Of a stretch of 10,474 nt of DNA, positions 6,357 through 10,474 are shown in pieces. The stretch spans positions 1 to 10,474 of the forward strand of contig JAZBOO010000020.1 of the NCBI GenBank assembly GCA_036351155.1, written 5' to 3'. Positions within the stretch are counted from its first letter, which is position 1; every line of letters starts with the position of its first letter. A program made the position numbers and the translations under genes. This DNA comes from Candidatus Krumholzibacteriia bacterium. GTDB lineage: Bacteria > Krumholzibacteriota > Krumholzibacteriia > LZORAL124-64-63. Below the pieces are notes generated by a model. That model worked only from the letters and a program-made list of their open reading frames with translations, had not been told where the DNA came from and ran no database searches.

Positions 6357-8168
6357 ATGGGCCTGACCATCATCGAGAAGATCATCAGCCAGCACTGCGG
6401 ACAGACCGTCAAGCCCGGCGACATCGCCGACGTGGAGATCGACGTGCGCGCCGCCCGCGACTTCGGCGGGGCCAACGTGGTCAAGAATCTGGAGGCCGCC
6501 GGCCTGCAGGTGGCCGACCCGGCCAAGACCGTGTTCACGTTCGACTGCAACCCCGGCGGCAGCGATCAGGGCTATGCCGCCAACCAGCAGCTGTGCCGCA
6601 CCTACGCCCGCGAAACGGGTGTGGGCCTGCGGGACATCGACCAGGGCATCGGCACCCACGTGGCCATCGATGACGGTCTGGTGGGGCCCGGCACCACCTT
6701 CGTCTCGACCGACAGCCACGCCAACATCATGGGCGCCGTGGGCGCCTTCGGGCAGGGCATGGGCGACCAGGACATCGCCGCGGCCTGGGCCCACGGCAAG
6801 GTCTGGTTCAAGGTCCCACCCACCAAGAAGGTCATCCTCAACGGCCGACCCGGCCCGGCGGCCACGGCCAAGGACATCACCCTGAAGATGGCCGCCGAGC
6901 TGGGCGCTGCGGGCCTGCTGGGCTGCGCGGCCGAGGTCTACGGCGACTGCGTGGATGATCTGTCGGTGGCCGACCGCGTGACCATCGCCAGCATGGCCAC
7001 CGAGATGGGCGGCATCATCATGCTGTTCACGCCCAACCAGGCGGTGCTGGATTTCTGCGCCCAGGCCAGCGGCCGCAGCTGGGAGCCCATTGCCGCCGAT
7101 GCCGACGCCGTCTACACCGAGACCATCGAGATCGACATCGACGGCCTGGAGCCCATGATCGCTCAGCCGGGACACCCGGACGACGCGGTGACCGTGAGTC
7201 AGGTGGCCGGTAAAAGGGTCGATTCGATCTTCATCGGCAGCTGCACCAACGGACGCCTCGAGGATCTGCAGGCCGCCGCGCGGGTGCTCAAGGGCAAAAC
7301 CATTGCCCCCGGCGTGGTGCTCAAGGTGGTGCCCTCGACCCGGCAGGTCTGGGAAAAGGCCTTGGCCGAGGGAGTCATCGCCGACCTGATGGCCGCCGGC
7401 GCCCTGGTGGGCAATGCCGGCTGCGGCGGCTGTGCCGCGGGACAGATCGGTCAGAACGGCCCCGGCGAGGTCACCATCTCCAGCGGCAACCGGAACTTCG
7501 CGGGCAAGCAGGGCAAGGGCGAGGTTTACCTGGCCAGCCCCGAAACCTGTGCGGCCTCGGCCCTCGCCGGAGTGATCGCCCGCAAGGACGCCATGCCCGA
7601 GCCCACCGGCCCCTACCAGCCCACCCGGGCGGCAGCCACCGTGGGTACCGGAGCCATGGGGACCAAGGCGGCCGTCGTGACCGGCAACAAGCCCACCGTT
7701 CTGCACGGGCGGGTCTGGCTGGTGGCCGAGGACAACATCGACACCGATATGATCTTCCACAACCGGCACCTGGCCATCACCGACCCGGCGGAGATGGGTC
7801 AGTACGCCTTCGGCAACCTGCCCGGCTGGGAAGATTTTCCCAAGAAGGTTCAGCCTTCGGACCTGGTGGTCACCGGCCCGAACTTCGGTTGCGGCAGCAG
7901 CCGTCAGCAGGCCGTGGACTGCTTCAGCAACCTGGGTGTCAGCGCCCTGATTGCCCCCAGTTACGGGGCCATCTACGAGCGCAACGCCATCAACGCGGGC
8001 ATGCCCGTGGTGGTGGGCGACCTGCTGAACGCCGGGCTGGAAAACGGTCAGGAGATCACGCTGGATCTGGAAACCGGCCTGATCACCTGGGAGGGCGGCC
8101 AGCACCAGGCCGAGCCATTCAGCGCCGTGCAGATGGAGATCTACCAGCGGGGTGGCTTGCTGGCCTGA
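6357..8168 (+). CDS. Aconitase-family hydro-lyase: fused LeuC-like large subunit and LeuD-like swivel subunit (isopropylmalate/homoaconitate dehydratase-like, substrate uncertain)
   Basis: Large-subunit motifs MGLTIIEKI, TDSH, AKDITL, DRVTIASMATEMG, IGSCTNGRLEDL, CGGC (three [4Fe-4S] Cys in total), NRNF and YLASPET. An Ala/Thr/Pro-rich linker (about 7581-7700) leads to swivel motifs GRVW, DNIDTD, GPNFGCGSSR and IYERNAINAG. It starts 1 bp after the upstream stop (TGAcATG), with SD GAGGAGG. Confidence 0.92.
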   Translation: MGLTIIEKIISQHCGQTVKPGDIADVEIDVRAARDFGGANVVKNLEAAGLQVADPAKTVFTFDCNPGGSDQGYAANQQLCRTYARETGVGLRDIDQGIGTHVAIDDGLVGPGTTFVSTDSHANIMGAVGAFGQGMGDQDIAAAWAHGKVWFKVPPTKKVILNGRPGPAATAKDITLKMAAELGAAGLLGCAAEVYGDCVDDLSVADRVTIASMATEMGGIIMLFTPNQAVLDFCAQASGRSWEPIAADADAVYTETIEIDIDGLEPMIAQPGHPDDAVTVSQVAGKRVDSIFIGSCTNGRLEDLQAAARVLKGKTIAPGVVLKVVPSTRQVWEKALAEGVIADLMAAGALVGNAGCGGCAAGQIGQNGPGEVTISSGNRNFAGKQGKGEVYLASPETCAASALAGVIARKDAMPEPTGPYQPTRAAATVGTGAMGTKAAVVTGNKPTVLHGRVWLVAEDNIDTDMIFHNRHLAITDPAEMGQYAFGNLPGWEDFPKKVQPSDLVVTGPNFGCGSSRQQAVDCFSNLGVSALIAPSYGAIYERNAINAGMPVVVGDLLNAGLENGQEITLDLETGLITWEGGQHQAEPFSAVQMEIYQRGGLLA

Positions 8169-8184
8169 TCTCCCGTCTGGGACA

Positions 8185-8222
8185 AAAAATGGCCGCTTCC
8201 CGAGAGGGAAGCGGCCATTTTT
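8185..8222. terminator. Bidirectional intrinsic terminator
   Basis: Perfect 17-bp inverted repeat AAAAATGGCCGCTTCCC-GAGA-GGGAAGCGGCCATTTTT, giving a U-tract on both strands, between convergent genes ending at 8168 (+) and 8248 (-). Confidence 0.92.
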
Positions 8223-8247
8223 CTTGGGCCAATAGGCCTTGCCCGAA

Positions 8248-8829
8248 TTACCGGTACAGGCTCTTCAGGTTGTCGAAGCTCGTGCCCTCGGTGGCCACGG
8301 GCTCTTCGGAGCCGTTGGTCACCAGCACGGGCTCGCCAGGAGCGGTCGAGTTGTTGGCCGGAATCAGGACACCGGCGCTCAGGAACGCAGGGGCACCCTC
8401 CACGCTGGCGAAATACACGGGATCCAGGTACAGCTCGCCGGGAATGCTGACGTCGGTCACGATGACCTGGGCCTGCATGACCATGACACTGCCGTTCTCG
8501 ACCATCACGGGCTCGGCGAATCCGGCGATGACTTCACCGAAGCGGACGCCCACGTTGACGGTGTTGACGGGGAAAGAGATGGAGGCGTAGGACATGACCA
8601 TGCCGCCTTCGGCGGTCAGCTTGCACTCGAACCCCTTGACCGTGTCGACGGTCAGGTTGGTCAGGACAACGTAGATGTCCTTGGCACCGACCACACCGTC
8701 GTTGTTGATCAGGGTGGTTCCGGCCTCGTCAAAGTAGACGCCGATGTTGTTCTGGTAGGCCGTCTGGGCGAAGGCCGAGCCGGCGGAAACCAGAGCAATC
8801 AGGGCGAAAACAAATACCAGCTTCTTCAT
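8248..8829 (-). CDS. Secreted hypothetical protein (Sec signal peptide, beta-rich domain, putative C-terminal sorting tail)
   Basis: Start at ATG 8829 with SD GAGGAG (the track's 8925 start runs through the promoter). MKKLVFVFALIALVSAGSAFA is a classic signal peptide with an A-F-A cleavage site. The 193-aa protein has a Val/Thr-rich alternating beta pattern and ends EPVATEGTSFDNLKSLYR. Confidence 0.85.
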   Translation of the reverse strand: MKKLVFVFALIALVSAGSAFAQTAYQNNIGVYFDEAGTTLINNDGVVGAKDIYVVLTNLTVDTVKGFECKLTAEGGMVMSYASISFPVNTVNVGVRFGEVIAGFAEPVMVENGSVMVMQAQVIVTDVSIPGELYLDPVYFASVEGAPAFLSAGVLIPANNSTAPGEPVLVTNGSEEPVATEGTSFDNLKSLYR

Positions 8830-8913
8830 TGTTGCTTCTCCTCGGATGTTGGGATTGTTCGGGATCGCCTGGGGGAGGGCTACCCTGTAAACACGTTGAT
8901 CGTGATGTAAGTA

Positions 8914-8942
8914 ATTATAGCACAATCAATCGCGCTTTTCAC
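8914..8942 (-). promoter_or_regulatory. Extended -10 sigma70 promoter of the secreted-protein gene
   Basis: The minus strand reads GTGAAA-17 bp-TATAAT with a perfect TGnTATAAT (8922-8914), about 85 bp upstream of ATG 8829. Confidence 0.7.
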
Positions 8943-8975
8943 AAAATTTCCAATCAAACTCAGTTGTTTTTTGAG

Positions 8976-9006
8976 AAAAACAAAACCTCCGGCGAAACCG
9001 GAGGTT
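8976..9006 (-). terminator. Intrinsic terminator of the asnB-ACP transcript
   Basis: Minus strand: AACCTCCGG-TTTCG-CCGGAGGTT followed by TTGTTTTT, about 80 bp downstream of the ACP stop. Confidence 0.8.
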
Positions 9007-9085
9007 CAAAAACAATCAGAAATATACTTTTATTTGACTCCATGCAGAAAATCATGGAGACATCTCACGAAAACGGGACAGATTG

Positions 9086-9334
9086 CTAGGCGACCTGCTT
9101 CCGCGCAATGAAATTGGCCAGGTTCTCCACGGAATCCAGGTTCTCGGGAATCAGTTCCTCGTCTTCCACCGCCAGACCAAAATCGCCCTCCAGGAAAGCC
9201 ACCAGCTCCATGACGCCCACCGAATCGATGATGCCTTCGTCCAGCAGACTGATGGTGTCGCTGGTCAAGGGGCTCGCATCCCCGAAAAGGAAGTTCTCGA
9301 CGATGTATTCCCGGACTTTCGCTTTCAATTCCAT
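9086..9334 (-). CDS. Acyl/aminoacyl carrier protein (phosphopantetheine-binding)
   Basis: 82 aa and acidic, with SLLDEGIIDSVGVMELVAFLE containing the DS attachment serine. The C-terminal EELIPENLDSV is typical of non-FAS carrier proteins. SD GAGG. Confidence 0.92.
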   Translation of the reverse strand: MELKAKVREYIVENFLFGDASPLTSDTISLLDEGIIDSVGVMELVAFLEGDFGLAVEDEELIPENLDSVENLANFIARKQVA

Positions 9335-9370
9335 GTCCTCAAATCTCCCTGCCAGATAGGTGAATGGTCA

Positions 9371-10474
9371 TCAATTGTCGGGGGCCTCCCGCCAGACAAT
9401 ATCATCGGCACCCAAGCCGGTGGCCTGAATCCGATTTTCGAAACCCGCCCCGAAATCTTCCTGCAAGAGCCGCCCGCTCAGAACGGCCACGAAGGTCATG
9501 TTGTCCCGGACGCTGGTGAGCCGGCCGGCCCGCCACTTCCGCAGCAGGGCGGCCACTTTCCCGGATTGCCACAGCGCGCCCTGCCCCTCCTGGACCGGGT
9601 CCAGAAACTCCGCCACCAGGTCTTCCCCTGCCGGCGTGGCGAAACTGGCGCTGTCCGGAGCCCGATAGGGCTGTTTAGGCCGTAAAAGAATGTCCTGAGG
9701 CAGCAAATCCGCAACACTCATTTTCAGCAAAGCCTTCTCGACCAGAGACTGCAGCTTGACGGAAGCGGGCAAGGTGCCGGCAAAATCGGCCAGGTGATGG
9801 TCCAGGAACGGAAACCGCCCCTCCACGCTGTTGCCCATGAGCATGCGGTCGCCCTGGCTGCTCAGCAGGTAGCCCGCCATGAAGGTGGTCATCTCCAGAT
9901 ACTGGGCGCGCGACACCGGTCCCCAGTCGGAAAAAGCCGCCGGCAAGCTGGCCGCCAAACGCTCCTCGGCCCGGATCACCGCTCCTGGGGAAATCTGCTC
10001 AGGATCCAGGAAAGCCGCCACCCCGCTGGTGTTGTTCCAGCGCGGGCGGTGGGAGAAGAAGGGGTCGTCGGGCCTGTCCAGGCCCACACCGTAGAACTTG
10101 CGCAGGAACTGGGGCGGCGACTGAGCCAGGTACGGGTACAGCCGCGTCAAGAGCTGCGAGCGCGCCTGGCTGGCTGGCTGCCGGCTCCAGAAATTGCGCA
10201 CCTTGGCCTCGCGGAAAATATTGTAGCCGGCGAAGACCTCGTCGGCCCCTTCGCCGGTCAAGACCACCTTGAACTCCTCGGACCGGGCCAGCTGGCTCAG
10301 CGCGTGCAGAGGGGCCGGCGCGGTGCGCAGGATGGGTGTTTCCGCGTGCCACACCACATCGCGAAAGCGGCCGGCGATATCCTGGCCATCCACCTTCACC
10401 GTCACATGCTCGGTGCCGATGTGCTTGGCCATCGCGTACTGCCAGCTGGTTTCGTCGTAGTCGGGGTCGGCAAA
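9371..10474 (-). CDS. asnB: Asparagine synthase (glutamine-hydrolysing) family amidotransferase, C-terminal synthetase domain; 5' end lies beyond the window
   Basis: The frame is open to the window edge (FADPDYDETSWQYAMAKHIGTEH...). Motifs KVVLTGEGADEVFAGY, DRMLMGNSVEGRFPFLDH, EKALLK and RPKQPYRAP. Confidence 0.92.
   Translation of the reverse strand, partial: FADPDYDETSWQYAMAKHIGTEHVTVKVDGQDIAGRFRDVVWHAETPILRTAPAPLHALSQLARSEEFKVVLTGEGADEVFAGYNIFREAKVRNFWSRQPASQARSQLLTRLYPYLAQSPPQFLRKFYGVGLDRPDDPFFSHRPRWNNTSGVAAFLDPEQISPGAVIRAEERLAASLPAAFSDWGPVSRAQYLEMTTFMAGYLLSSQGDRMLMGNSVEGRFPFLDHHLADFAGTLPASVKLQSLVEKALLKMSVADLLPQDILLRPKQPYRAPDSASFATPAGEDLVAEFLDPVQEGQGALWQSGKVAALLRKWRAGRLTSVRDNMTFVAVLSGRLLQEDFGAGFENRIQATGLGADDIVWREAPDN

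Noticed and set aside
5381..6550. Apparent 694-aa fusion protein ending in YfcH
   Set aside because: The N-terminal 390 aa are antisense to the crotonase gene and the start of the aconitase-family gene. The TTG at 5380 has its own SD and matches the family N-terminus.
6174..8105. 643-aa minus-strand ORF
   Set aside because: Codon-aligned antisense shadow of the LeuC-LeuD fusion.
8830..8925. Track N-terminal extension MCYNYLHH... of the secreted protein, and ORFs 8239..8910, 8829..9089 and 9083..9685
   Set aside because: The extension overlaps the promoter and precedes a clear SD and signal peptide. The other ORFs are antisense shadows or cross the promoter and terminator.
1..10474. CRISPR arrays, IS/integrase genes, tRNA/rRNA, recoded stops (Sec/Pyl) or programmed frameshifts
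   Set aside because: I saw no spaced direct repeats, transposase motifs or RNA-gene signatures. All genes read through their expected domains without needing recoding.

Overview
GC-rich bacterial window of densely packed metabolic genes with two AT-rich intergenic regions (about 1280-1395 and 8890-9060). In order: (-) a fold-type II PLP-dependent enzyme that runs off the left edge and is missing from the ORF track; (+) a translationally coupled three-gene flavoprotein complex ([2Fe-2S]/FAD alpha subunit, small BFD-like [2Fe-2S] protein, DAO-family beta subunit) most like archaeal dye-linked L-proline dehydrogenase; (-) a TIGR01777/YfcH epimerase-family protein; (+) a crotonase-fold protein with degenerate catalytic motifs, coupled to a fused LeuC-LeuD aconitase-family dehydratase with several altered active-site residues; a perfect bidirectional terminator; (-) a secreted protein ending in a short C-terminal tail (VATEGTSFDNLKSLYR) that looks like a lineage-specific sorting signal; (-) an acyl carrier protein and an AsnB-family amidotransferase that runs off the right edge. 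I see no mobile element, CRISPR array, tRNA or rRNA. The best candidates for undescribed biology are the atypical crotonase + aconitase-family pair and the putative C-terminal sorting signal. All family assignments come from motif recognition by eye, not from database searches.
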